NCBI GenBank assembly: GCA_964016885.1
Contig: OZ024740.1
Span: forward strand, 386,942,001-387,006,000
Direction: 5' to 3'
Length of the DNA stretch: 64,000 bases
Source: Eledone cirrhosa
Lineage: Eukaryota
A model generated the notes under the pieces. It searched no databases. It had not been told where the DNA came from and was given only the letters and a program-made list of their open reading frames with translations. The position numbers were made by a program, and so were the translations under genes. How positions within the stretch are numbered: position 1 is the first letter of the stretch; each line of letters begins with the position of its first letter. Below, piece by piece: positions 23,718-36,969 of the stretch.

Positions 23718-23915
23718 TTAACCCTTTACCATTTACATTACTCTATATTTACTATTGTATTTTCATGGTAAAGGCTTTATCTCACATAATATTGAATCTA
23801 TGAGATTTTGATATTTATTTTGAGAACAATACTTTAACACAAGTATGAGCAGCTGGTTACAGCCGGTTTGAACAGAAATTGGTAAGAGAAATCTGGCCAC
23901 ATACAACTGGTTTAA
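23718..23915. mobile_element. TTAA-type MITE (one end decayed)
   Basis: Homologous to 44266-44490 and to the reverse complement of 20373-20584. Confidence 0.7.
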
Positions 23916-25392
23916 AATATTTTGAGACTCATATTTTCAATTGTAGAAGCAGTAGCTCTAAGAATCCATCAATCTTCTGATCTTCCAAATTGTTATTGGA
24001 GTTCTGTAAATTGTCACAGTGAAGTGAATTAGAAGAGTTAGAATGTCACAATTCTTTGTGGTATTCATTCCGGCTTTCTGCACTCTGAGTTCAAATCCTG
24101 CCAAGGTCAACTTTACCTTCCACCCTTTAAGGTCAATAAAAAAAAATGGCCAGGGATCAATTCTTCCACAATATCTCTTTCTCACTTCCCCTCTCTTCTC
24201 TTGAAGAAATTGGGTGTGTTCTGACCTAGAGTGGGGTTGGGCCCTACGAGTTTATCAAGGGCTATAGGTCCATATATGTAAACAAATTGTCACACAGATT
24301 GCATCAGCAATATTGATCAGTATTCCTTCATTAGTTATTAAAAAATAAATTTCTTCTACACAGCTGTAGAATGAGCCCCTAGAAGGATGAAAATTTGTGA
24401 GCTAATAATCTCCACGGGTAATATATAACAGCCGCTAAATAAACTAAGTCACTTAGCTGTATGTGCTTCTTAAATATAGCCACATCAAACAATCATACCT
24501 GATCTTAATTATTTATATTAGTTAATTACAAAATATTGATGCTTGCAAAACATGTTAATCTTCTGTTATTTTTACAGTATAACATACATAGATGTTGAAA
24601 ATCCTGTTTGTATAGATGAGAGTATATCAGTTATAAAAACGCGAGTGACCTGAAAGCTAATTATTTTTCTATCAGTTGCTTTTGACATCAACATCAAAAC
24701 TATTAATTAATCATAAACAGTTATTTGGCATGTGGTTGAAAGGACTAGGTGTGTTGTTGTAACCACCACCAAACATAAATACAACAGACATGTCTTTGTG
24801 GTTTACAATCATGTGGTTTCAAGTTCAAATTGTCACCTTGGCAAGTGTTTTCTACTATAACCTTGGGTTGATCCAAAACTTGTGAAAGGAATTGGATAGA
24901 CAGAAATGGTTCAGAAGGCCACTGAATGGACTGCACAGATTCTTGGGTAGCAGGCTTAATCCATCACTCAGTTTAATACTAGAAATTCTTTGGAAGGAAG
25001 ATTTAAAACAGAATTCTGTTACTTTAGAGGCCCTGCAACAGACTTTTGATATTACCTTTTCTCCTTTGACTTGGCCAAAAAATAAGGTTTTATAAATAAG
25101 GGAAAAAAATAAAAAAACACCAACATATCAGAAAAATTTCTAAAAATCAAAATATTTTATTTGATTATATATATATCATCATCATCATCATCATTTAACG
25201 TCCGTTTTCCATAATAGCATGGGTTAGACGGGTTGTCCCATTTGAGGCAAATCAAGTCAGGTGATGATGTCTTGCTCATACAGAACTATTTCTGGCTTGG
25301 TTTCTATGGCTGGATGCCCTTCCTAACACCAACCACATTTACAGTGAGGCTGGGTTGGAAGTGGTATTATGACTGGCAGGTATTGGATCAAT

Positions 25393-26080
25393 CAGCTGGA
25401 ATTTGCAGATAACTTGTCAAAAGGTGAACTCCAACATGCACTTAATAGGAAGTGAAGCATGGCAACAATGAAAATTAGTGTTGCAAAGACTGAGATGCTC
25501 ATACACTTAAAGAGGCCTGTGCAGTGCACTACATATGAGTGAATTTCTACTGAAGCAGGTGGAGAAGTTCAAGTGTTTCGGAGTCGTTTTCACAAGTGCA
25601 AAGATTGCAGAAGCTGGTGCAGTATTGCATTAATTAGAAGGGGCGATAAGTGTAAAAGCCAAACTTGCTATCTTCAATTTGGTATTTGTGCCAACCTTTC
25701 CCTCTGGTCATGAATCTTGGGCAATGATTGAGAGAATATGATTGCAAATACCAAAATGGGGTTCATCTTAAGGGTCTTTGGAGTAACGTTACTTGATAGA
25801 GTGCATAGCTCAGAGACCAGGTTGTTGCTCCAGGTAGAGGTGCTGCTTCTCTAAATTATGGACATGTTGTCAATGTTGCAGGAAAGAATCACTGGACAGA
25901 TTTTATGAGCAAAATCAACCAAGAGAAGGACCCTCCTCCCAAGAGCAAGATGGTTGGATAACATCCATGAGCTTGGCTGTTGTTGCTTGGGGATCTATCC
26001 AGATCAGTTGGAGAGCTACTTTTGAAGGCATCCTTGACGACTGCCAACATGACCCTATCTCAGGATAAGTGGGTGGCGGA
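25393..26080 (+). mobile_element. Degraded RTE LINE 3' portion (family of 3465-6082)
   Basis: Nucleotide similarity to 5400-6080 (ctgaagcaggtggagaagttcaag, ggtcatgaatcttggg, gatagagtgcatagctc). Another 3' fragment is at about 45500-45700. Confidence 0.75.
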
Positions 26081-26250
26081 AGAGAAAAAAAAAGAAAAAA
26101 GAAAAAGAAAAAGAAAAAGAAAAAGAAAGAAAAAAAGAAGAATGTTTGGTGTTTTGTAACTCCAGATGAAATCAAAAACAGCAACAACAATAAAAATACC
26201 CAAACAAAAAACATGTAAATATATATTAAAAAATGAATAGAATGTTTACT

Positions 26251-26385
26251 ATTTACAAGTGTTGTTGTGTACACGCGTGTGCGCTCAATATAACAGTTTA
26301 CAAGTCTTATTGTGTACATGTGTGTGCTCAATATAACAGTTTACAAGTCTTGTTGTGTACATGTGTGTGTGCTCAATATAAAAGT
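26251..26385. repeat. About 44-bp tandem repeat, 3 copies
   Basis: Units of tttacaagtcttRttgtgtacatgtgtgtgctcaatataacag. Confidence 0.8.
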
Positions 26386-26677
26386 CTGTTTGCCTGTGTA
26401 TGTATGTCTCTGCCTAGTACTTTAAGATTAGATTTTAGTAAAGTATAAGGACATATGACTTTAAAGAGAAATCAGAGAAGTAATCTAAACTTTGCTTACA
26501 CTGCTAGAAGAAATTCTTCAGTGTATTCTCATAAATCTCTAATCACTATTTCATCAGATTACCCTCACTGTTAAAAGTACATTAGTCTATACAATGGAAC
26601 GTTTTCAAATATTAGATTCTTTTGACACTAGGTGAGTGGGATGTCTTATATAACATTCAGCTTGTCTTTATGTATTC

Positions 26678-26682
<5 letters not shown>

Positions 26683-26717
<35 letters not shown>

Positions 26718-26815
26718 TGTGTGTGTGAGTGTGTGTGTGTGAGTGTGTGTGAGAGAGAGTGTGAGTGTGTGTGTGTGAGAGTGTGAGAGAGTGTGTGTGT
26801 GTGAGTGTGTGTGAG
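26683..26815. repeat. (TG)n/(AG)n compound microsatellite
   Basis: Read directly from the sequence. Confidence 0.95.
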
Positions 26816-27129
26816 TTGCTTAGAAAGAAGCCTGAAAACACTGTAAATCTTTTACATTGAAGAGAAGATAGAAGAAAGAGAGAGAGAGAGACAAGGAGGA
26901 GTCAGAGGTATGTAGAGAAAGAGAGAAGGCTAAGTGTTTGTGAAAGCATTTAGAAATAGATACTTTGCTGAAGAGGCAGTCCTCTGTCATTGCTATCACT
27001 TTTATCACTAACAAAGATCAGATTTTCTCACTGAGCATGAGAATTCAATTTATAATTTCTTGAAATTATCTCCCTGTTTTTGTGAGTTGCTAATGAATGC
27101 CACGAGATTTTCTTTTCTTTCTTCAACTA

Positions 27130-27520
27130 AGGAAATTTCGAATCATTACCGAGTACCTTTTTGATTTCCAAGTGTCTAACACATGTGGGCATGCCCACAA
27201 ATTCAGAAAACAGTACAGTTCCCATGACTTTCGGAAACCTTTTTTCATGCTCAGAGTTGCTGAAGCATGGAACAAACTACCTGCATCAGTTATTAGCTGT
27301 CGAGACACTGCATCCTTTAAAACCTCCATGCTTCCTGAGATTCGCCAATACCACACCTAATATCCCCCCTCCATACACATACACACATGTATATCATGAC
27401 TCCTACACTATTCACTTCCCTGACATTTGTATATTATTCTATGTACTATACATGCAACTTTGACGAGTTGTTGTGCACCTGAGCACTGTACACAATAATT
27501 TCATTATTATTATTATTATT
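27130..27520 (+). mobile_element. CR1-like LINE 3' end
   Basis: GHAHKF..FRKPFF.LRVAEAWNKLP plus a 3' UTR matching 1266-1550 and an (ATT)n tail. Confidence 0.8.
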
Positions 27521-27795
27521 TCATTAAGATTTGTTGTAGTACGTACATTCTTAATTTAGAAATATATGTAACATTTCAGTGTATAGACTAATGTACGTTT
27601 TACAAAATATGTGTAACAGTTGTTTACAGAGAAAGAGGGGGGGGGGGGGGAGAAAGAGAGAAACAGAGTTACCATAAACATCTTATCGACACTTCTTAAA
27701 AAAGCAAGCAGTAATATTTCTTTGTTTCCCATCAACATTATGCCATATAGTATATTGGTTTGATAAATGTCAGCTGTATATGACAGACTTAACAC

Positions 27796-28009
27796 TTAAC
27801 ATCCTGTAATGATTTTATGGAAATGTCTAACAAAAAGTGTGTTCATTTAAATGTTTAATGTTTAGAATATTTAGAATATTTTTACTAGTGGAAATTTGCA
27901 GTATACTAAAGTAAGGACTTTAATGTTTAATGCGATACAGTCATACAGGTGTTTTGTATTTTGCAAGAAATGTCTTGCTAATGTGGTTTCATGTACTACA
28001 GATTGTTAA
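27796..28009. mobile_element. Second TTAA-flanked MITE family (CATCCTGTA TIR)
   Basis: ttaa-catcctgta ... tacagattg-ttaa. A diverged copy is at 28858-29067. Confidence 0.6.
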
Positions 28010-29269
28010 GAGTTAAAATAAGGTATGTATTGGCACCAGGAAGAGCATCCAGCCATAGAAAAACTGTCTCAAAATGTCTCATCCAACCCTTGCAAGCATG
28101 GAAAGTGTGGATATAAAAACAATAATAATGATGATGGTAAATTGAAGAAAAATATAGACAGGCTCAATTTAATCTATTTCTTTTATAAGAGTATATGCGA
28201 TGTGTACCCTAGTTTTTAGAATAGGTACACTGCATTCCTGTGTGGTTTAAGAAGTGATTAAAAGGGTTGACATTGGGAAGGGTATCACACTGTAAAAACA
28301 GTCTCAAACCATTCCATCCAAATCCGTGCCAGCATGGAAAAGATCTAAAAGGAATGATGGTGATGATAATGATGTAATAGTGTTATTGATGTTTAGAAGC
28401 TACATTAAGCTCAAGTTATGTATACACAGAGCTTTGAAGATTTGTCTAGAATTGATTAGATAATAAAACATCAAAAGTACAACACATACACACACTAAAC
28501 TCACAGAACACCTACACAGTGAAATAAAAGTATTAAAATGTAAAACCATGACATGAAACATTTAATATAGTTCATAGCTACTGTCTTTACCAGCACATTT
28601 AGCTTTTGTAATTATAACTGGAAAAGTGTTCAACCACCAACAAACTCTTTTAAACATTATAACACATAATTATTGATCCCTGTGTATTAAAATGCTAAGT
28701 AATGGGACATAAACAAATCAGTGTAAACACAAACAAGGACACACACGCACAATTTTTTACATCTACTTTTCCCTGCTAGCATAGGTTAGTATGTGAACTT
28801 AACCCCACAACCATTCCTACATAAATTTATAGATCTTTGTAAATTTGTTTTAAAATATTAAACATCCTGTAAAGATTTAGCAAAATATATCTAAAAACAG
28901 GTTTGTTAATTCAAATGTTTATAGTATTTTTATTAGTGGACAGATTGTTGTGAAAATTTGTAATAAACTAAGCCAAAGCCTTCAATTTTAATATGATACA
29001 GTCAGTGTGGTTTTATACTTTTGAAGAATGTCATGCTAATGTGGTTTCATGTGGTACAGGATGTTAAGATTTTGATTATATTTTTGATTTGGGTACAAGA
29101 TTGTTTTAAGTGGAACAGTTGAACATGCAATCATCATAACAAGCTGAATAACATTATAGATAATGTAAATAAACATTTTGACTTATAGAGCAATGGGAGA
29201 ATTATAAATTTGAAATGTGAGCATCCTAATGCAGAAATGACTGTAATAGCAGTTAATCACTATAAATAA

Positions 29270-29452
29270 TTGTTTCTACTATTGGCACAAGGCCAGAAAA
29301 TTACCCAGTACATTACTGGTACTTTATTTTATCGACCCCGTAAGGATGAAAGGCAAAGTTAACCTCGGCGGGATTTGAACTCAGAATGGCAAGGGCCGTA
29401 ACTCTATGCGTCAAAGCATGGCGTCCGAACCTCTACCGATACTGCCAATCCA
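29270..29452 (-). mobile_element. tRNA-derived SINE with 13-bp TSD (cactataaataat)
   Basis: Same family as 14785-14955. The TSD is at 29258-29270 and 29451-29463. Confidence 0.8.
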
Positions 29453-31120
29453 CTATAAATAATAGTTAAGAAAATTAGGTAAAAAACCCTTGGAGACATG
29501 ATTTTATAATTGTCTTCAGATGGCTAACTCATCGTATACATATTTCCCAACACTTGATTTGAACTTACGACCCTTTATTTCTCATGAAACATTTCAATAT
29601 TTTTTTACTACTATGCCACAACTCCATGATAATGATTTGAGTTCAAATCCAGCTTATGAAAATATATATGACAAAATACAACATGTATTTAATTGGAGAT
29701 TGAACTAATAGAGGTGATACTGTCCTTTTTTTCTGTTTCCAGGGGCTTATATCCCTCTTGTTTGACCATTTCTCATAGTTAAAAGCCTGTGTTGTAGCAG
29801 CTTACATTAAGTTAACATACTTCCAAATATAAAAATGACTTGTAAGTTCATACAAATATAAAATATGAGCTCCAGCAGAGATTACAAAATGATTGCTCCA
29901 GCATTACCGAGTAAATCTCTCAAGTGTTCTAAGCAAACCAAAGAGCCTCTACATTGTCTACAGAGGAAAAATAGGCATATGAAATTGTTTGGAGAAAGAA
30001 TGGTAAAGTGAGAAGAGAATAAGACCATTATAGAAAGAGTATAAGAAACAGGACACAAACGCAACAATAAATAATAGATTAGAACTCAGCACACAATATC
30101 ATCATCATCGTTTAACATCCATCTTCCATGCTAGCATGGGTTAGACAATACTTAACAAAAATACACACCAGCACACAAACTTGTGGGGGAAAAAACCCTG
30201 AACACACCTGCGTAACTAAAAGTGGACTAGGTGAAAAGTATAAATAAGAACTAAAATGAACTGTCACGGGAACTGTGTGTATGGAGTTTCCTTGTAGTTT
30301 CTCATTTTGTAGTTCGTGAATACCTTGGGTTTTACCTTCGTTTCGTACAGATATACGAAACAGGTGTATCAAACCATTATAACACACAAGTCATACAAAA
30401 AAAAAAAAAATGAAAGAAAATCGATTCCATGAAAAACTACATTGGCAATTGACGTCATTCTCGTGAATAGCAAAGTAACCACCAAACAACGCTTGAAAGC
30501 AGTTTAAGAAATTTAAATCTAAATTTAATTCCAAAGAGAAGAAATCTGAACATTTTTTCTCTGAAAGTTCCTTATACTCTGAAGAAGGGAATTTTAAGTC
30601 CTGAAATATTAGGACGAAAGAAACAACAGCAACAACAACAACAAATAAAACAAAAATTACCAACTAACTTACTTTTTCGTTACCTTCATCTTACAGTCCA
30701 TTTTGCATTGTTTAGCTTTCTATCTCTTTACATATTATATACAATGCTTCAAGCAAACTACAACATTATATTATAAGTAAGTAGTTGAAAGAGTATAAGA
30801 AACAGAAGGACACAAACGCAACAATAAATAATAGATTAGAACTCAGCACACAATATCATCATATTATAAGTAAGTAGTTGAAAAGTATTGTTAAATGAAA
30901 GCTTGCCAACTAAAGATGATCTTTTATGAAATACAGTTCAGAATATGTAGAGACATTATTTTACTTTAAGGTATATTTGTAGTTTATATCGTCAATGTAA
31001 GCAAATGTTTAGATAACAAGTATTTTCTGGCTTTGAAAACATTCTGGCTACATGAGCAATAGGAGATTGTTAGCCAGTTAAACACTTGGGAACTAATCAA
31101 AGGTTTGGGAGTACAGGAGG

Positions 31121-32846
31121 AGTGATGGTGGTGGTGATGACAGTGGTGGTAGTTGTGATGGTGATGGTAGTCGTGATGGTGGTGGTGATGACAGTGGTGG
31201 TGGTGGTGATGGTGATGGTAGTCGTGATGGTGGTGGTGATGACAGTGGTGGTGGTGGTGATGGTAGTCGTGATGGTGGTGGTGATGACAGTGGTGGTAGT
31301 GGTGATGGTGATGGTAGTCGTGATGGTGGTGGTGATGACAGTGGTGGTGGTGGTGATGGTAGTCGTGATGGTGGTGGTGATGACAGTGGGGGTAGTGGTG
31401 ATGGTGATGGTAGTCGTGATGGTGGTGGTGATGACAGTGGTGGTGGTGGTGATGGTAGTCGTGATGGTGGTGGTGATGACAGTGGTGGTGGTGGTGATGG
31501 TAGTCGTGATGGTGGTGATGATGACAGTGGTGGTGATGACTGGTGGTGATGACAGTGGTGGTAGTGGTGGTGATGATGGTGATGACAGTGGTGGTAGTGG
31601 TGATGGTGGTGGTGATGACAGTGGTGGTAGTGGTGATGGTGGTGATGGTGGTGGTGATGACAGTGGTGGTGGTGGTGGTGATGGTGGTGGTGATGACAGT
31701 GGTGGTGGTGGTGGTGATGACAGTGGTGGTGGTGGTAGTCGTGATGGTGGTGGTGATGACAGTGGTGGTAGTGGTGATGGTAGTCGTGATGGTGGTGGTG
31801 ATGACAGTGGTGGTGGTGGTAATGGTGATGGTAGTCGTGATGGTGGTGGTGATGACAGTGGTGGTGGTGGTGATGGTGGTGGTGATGACAGTGGTGGTAG
31901 TCGTGATGGTGGTGATGATGACAGTGGTGGTGGTGGTGGTGATGACAGTGGTGGTGATGACAGTGGTGGTAGTGGTGATGGTGATGGTAGTCGTGATGGT
32001 GGTGGTGATGGTGGTGGTGATGACAGTGGTGGTAGTGGTGATGGTGGTGGTGATGACAGTGGTGGTAGTGGTGATGGTGGTGGTAGTCGTGATGGTGGTG
32101 ATGATGACAGTGGTGGTGGTGGTGGTGATGACAGTGGTGGTAGTGGTGATGGTGGTGGTGGTGGTGGTGATGACAGTGGTGGTAGTGGTGATGGTGGTGG
32201 TAGTCGTGATGGTGGTGATGATGACAGTGGTGGTGGTGGTGGTGATGACAGTGGTGGTAGTGGTGATGGTGGTGATGGTGGTGGTGGTGGTGGTGATGAC
32301 AGTGGTGGTAGTGGTGATGGTGGTGATGGTGGTGGTGATGACAGTGGTGGTAGTGGTGATGGTAGTCGTGATGGTGGTGGTGATGACAGTGGTGGTAGTG
32401 GTGATGGTGGTGATGATGGTGATGACAATGGTGGTGGTGGTGATGACAGTGGTGGTAGTGATGACAGTGGTGGTAGTGGTGATGGTGGTGGTGATGACAA
32501 TGGTGGTGGTGGTGATGACAGTGGTGGTAGTGGTGATGGTGGTGATGATGGTGGTGGTAGTGGTAGTGGTGATGGTGGTGGTGGTGGTTAGTGATCATGA
32601 TGATGATGGTGGTGATGATAATGATGGTGGTGATGACGGTGGTGATGATAATGATGATGAAGACAGTGGTGGTGGTGAGTGATCATGATGATGACAATGG
32701 TGGTGATGATGATGACGGTGGTGATGATAATGAGGATGATGGTGGTGGTGAGGATGATGGTGGTGGCGAGGATGATGACAGCGATGATAATGATGATGGT
32801 GGTGGTGAGGATGATGACAGCGATGATGACGGTGGTGGTGATGACA
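31121..32846. repeat. Compound trinucleotide repeat (GGT/GAT/AGT with GATGACAGT and AGTCGT modules)
   Basis: Read directly. The long ORFs here are artefacts of the lack of stop codons. Confidence 0.95.
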
Positions 32847-35800
32847 TGCTACCTCTGTAGTCTCAAACTTTTGATTAGCTTCCAAATACTTGACTAGCTA
32901 TCTCTATGTTTCCCAAATGTTTAATGGCTACCTTAGTACAGTAAGTATTAATCTGGCAACTTATGCCTTAGGTGCACACAACAATATTTAAAAGAGATTA
33001 AACAATTCAGCAAATAGCACATCATTTACTTTTTATGAAATCAGATTAGAATGCAAGTATTTGTTTTCTCAACAGGAAAAAAATAAATTGAAAAAAAAAA
33101 AAAAATGAAATTTACAACTCGTATCTCAGCAGGTTTAGCTGCCCTCCTATCATCATCATCGTTTAACCTCCATCTTCCACGCTAGCATGGGTCTGGACGG
33201 GAATTGCTCCACTTGAGGCAAGATTGGTTGTCTTGCTCAGAACTGTCTGGTGGGTTTTCTACGGCTGGATGCCCTTCCTAACACCAACCACTTTTACAGT
33301 GTGGACTGGGAGGTTTTTACTGTGACACCTACACAGCCACATTACAGCGTGGACTGTGTGTTTTTTTGTCATGACACCTACACACCTCATTTATTTAGGA
33401 CTGGATGTTGTGGTACCAACATAGCTCCTATGAAGTTGCATTCTATAGGAAGTTTCTTAGGTGTTTTAATGACAGGGACCCCAGTTCTGTCAAGAAAGAC
33501 AACATGAAATGAAACTTCCTGCTAAAGAACACAATGTCACTTAGTCCAGTATTTGTAAAAGGCAGAAGAATCTTAATTCTCGGTAGAGTTTTAACTAAGA
33601 TTAGTTCCAGGTGAGATTTACCAAACTGCTGCCAAAACTATGTGCTTTCTATTAAAAATACTAAATATTGGTGTAGAAGCACTAATGCTAGTAATGTCTC
33701 AAGGAATGATAAGGATATATTTTTCAAGAAAAACAATTCTTTAAAAAAAAAACATCTACAATTACGGAGGCACCGACTTAATATATATTCTGTGTACTAA
33801 CAGTATTTAACTTAGTTATGTAATTTGACTCATAAGAATGCAGTCAGAACTTAAACACTAAGATTAGATATATTTTTAAAGTAGTTAACATAACACTGAT
33901 AAGTATTTATAAAAATACAACATATTCTTAGCATGTCAAGGATAAGCATTTGTTTTTATGGCAAAACAATAATATTTATATAACCTTTATCTTGACAAAT
34001 GAATATATACTTCGTTTTAACTAACTTTTCAATAAACAATACATTTGTCTAAAAATAATTGTTCAGCAAGTTTCACTGCAAAAACAAACATAATACTTTG
34101 CAAAGAAAAAAATTGCATATTGTAAGGTTGAACACTTATATTATCCTCACCACCACCACCTTGACCATCACCCCCCATCACCACTACCATGATCACCCTC
34201 ACTGCCACCACCATCATACTGGTGTGTCATTATGTTCAAAGTCGGTTCTTATTTGGTTTTACTGTCTACCCATCCCAGGATAAACTGGAGACCACATCTC
34301 ATACTTACACATTCTATCTTTGACAAGATTTTTATGGCTAGAAGTCCTTCCTAACACCAACCACATTATAGAGTGTACTGGGTGTATTTACATTATCAGT
34401 ATTTAGTGAGGTTACTTCAAAACTAAAGGGTCTCTCTACCTTATTTTCTCTCCATTTGTTCAAAGAAACATGACTAAGAGAATGAATAGATGACTGTATG
34501 ATGGTAGAAATATAATGGTAGGGATGAGAGGGTGGTAAAGGGGGAAGTAATAAACAGCTATATGTTGATAATTGGTAAAGAAATTGGACAGAAAAATAGC
34601 ATGAGTGGTATTGTAGGAGAAAAGAGACTAATAGAAAGATCAGGTGATGGAAGAGAGAGAGAGAGTGATGTATATTCAGGGTGAGTGATAGGGGAGGATG
34701 TAATGTGTGTGATGTGTGAGAATGCTGTCCTAAAACTACATCTCTCAAAGGAGATGAAATAAGAAAGAAACAAAGCAAGAAATCTGTACTGGAAAGGATT
34801 CATTTAACCCATAGACAAAGTTGATTATTCCATAATATTATCTGTTGAGTACTGCTTCCTGGATTCCTCTCATCTAACTCTAGAATTTTCTTTGGGATTT
34901 TCTGTTGATTCCAGAGTATTTTACCTATCAAACAATACTGATAGTGGGCAGAATATCTGCTGTCTGCCCCAGAATAATTCTAAAGATATAGAACAACATG
35001 AGATACACCTTTGAACCAATAAAAATTCCTACAAAAATGCTATCAGATGTAAGAATATTGAATTTTAGAAGAAATCTAGGTGCATTTCATACTCATTTTA
35101 TATTCTTCTAAATACATGGTTTTCTTTTATTAAAAAAAAAGAAAAAAAAAAAATGACCCCTAGCATGGCCTCAGCCAGGTGGCTGGAACAGGTAAAAGAG
35201 TAGAATAGCTAATGAAAAATTCAGAGAAAATCACTTGATATATATACTTCAGATGAAGACTTAAAAATGCAACAGAGTGTGAAATTGAATGTTTTATCCT
35301 TTAACAACATGAGATACTATATAATTATATTATACACATACAGAAGTTGTACTTATCTTCAGTTAACTTTATTAAAAGAATACATTTCCATTCAACTGAG
35401 CTGCATGTATTTTCATTCACATAATTTAAACAAATGCCTCTACAAAGTTGCTTGACCTGCTAGAATTAGCAGACAAATCTCTAAATATCTCAAAGAAAAA
35501 GGACACAATGGATAATGTAGTCCTAGATATACAAAAAGACAAGATGTTTATGGTTGGAATGCCTTTGATCATAGGTTTGCTTAATCAGAGCTGACTTGTG
35601 GTAAAACAACAACTAATTACCCAACAAAAGTATATATATTAAAAAAAAGCTATTTCAATATCAAACCCAAGATGTTTGGTAGTTCAACACTGAAATGGAA
35701 ATTTATGGTAATCTAGTACGCAAAAACACTAAGTATTAAAACTCTAAGCCAGCATGGACCCCCCCCCCCCCATGTTGATTAGGTAACTTAGCTAATAGAA

Positions 35801-36157
35801 GCTGTCAACAACTTCTAGCAAACTTTCCAAATATTTGAAAGAATTCACTTCATGGCTGCTCTTGACTGACAACAATTATAAATGATAAAAATAGTAATGC
35901 CTGTAATGAAATACAAATGTCGACCCATGTGCCAAGTATTTGTAATGAGAGTTGTAAGCTGGCACCAAATCCAATCTGCTGTGCAAGTATCTCCATGTAA
36001 TCATTGATATGGAATATATAAATATCAGTAATGACTAAGATTATTGAGAGACTAGATTATAGCACCATATCATTATGTTTCTTAATACTTAATAAGTATT
36101 AGTATAATAGGTTTATTTCAGTCTTTATAATGTTCAACTGGTACATATATATATATA

Positions 36158-36968
36158 TTTAAAATCCCATTATTCGCTTATTATTACTGTTATATGCTTG
36201 TCCAATTATGCCCAAAATTCGAAGATTCTATTTAAACCCTCTCGTAAAATACCTCATTTGTTTTTCTAAAATAACAATCTCGTCTGTTTAATTTTGGCCG
36301 AAAAATTCTAGGATTTATAAAATGGCCTCCTTGTCCCTCTTATTCTTTACCCTCCCCCTCCTATATCATATTACACGCCGGCTAGTTCACCCTTTCAAAC
36401 ACTCCCTTCTCTCACCAAATATAAATAAACCTGTTACAAGGTACGGATCTCAGAATTTGTCAACGCTTATTAATGGTCAGACCCCCCCCCCCCCCCCGCG
36501 AAATGTAATGTAAATGCCATTTTTTTCTAACCTATCGGTCCATTCATTCATATATCCGTATCATCGCCCGGAATCCAATCTTTTGCTCTCTCTCAATGCT
36601 ATTCTATAATTCTGTCTGGTTGTTCTAAATAATCTTCTTGTATTTTAAAATCCCATTATTCGCTTATTATTACTGTTATATGCTTGTCCAATTATGCCCA
36701 AAATTCGAAGATTTTATTTAAACCCTCTTGCTAACTACCCCATACACCTCCCACCCGCCCCCACTCTCCACCATTATTATTATGACCAATCATAAGTCAG
36801 CGGTCTATACTATCACTTCTGGTTGCTTTTCGATATGATGGATGGACTATGGAATTCTGGAGAGTCTGAAAAATCTGGACACTCAGTGACAATGCCAAAG
36901 ATAAAGACAAATTCACCTCATGCTGCCGGACGAAAAGGCAAGGACTCCCCTCTTTGTTTCGGCCGCGA
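36158..36968. mobile_element. Unclassified element with an 85-bp direct repeat (486-bp period) adjacent to (TA)n
   Basis: 36158-36242 equals 36644-36728 with 1 mismatch. It abuts the truncated 5' end of the RTE. Confidence 0.5.
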
Positions 36969-36969
36969 A

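Noticed and set aside
26966-26992. CUGAAGA followed by a 5-bp hairpin
   Set aside because: There is no GAAA after the stem, so it is not a hammerhead.
31086-32897. Long ORFs in several frames (poly-Val/Met, Gly/Asp/Ser, His, Pro/Ser)
   Set aside because: They follow from a stop-free triplet repeat inside an arginase intron. There is no evidence of coding function.
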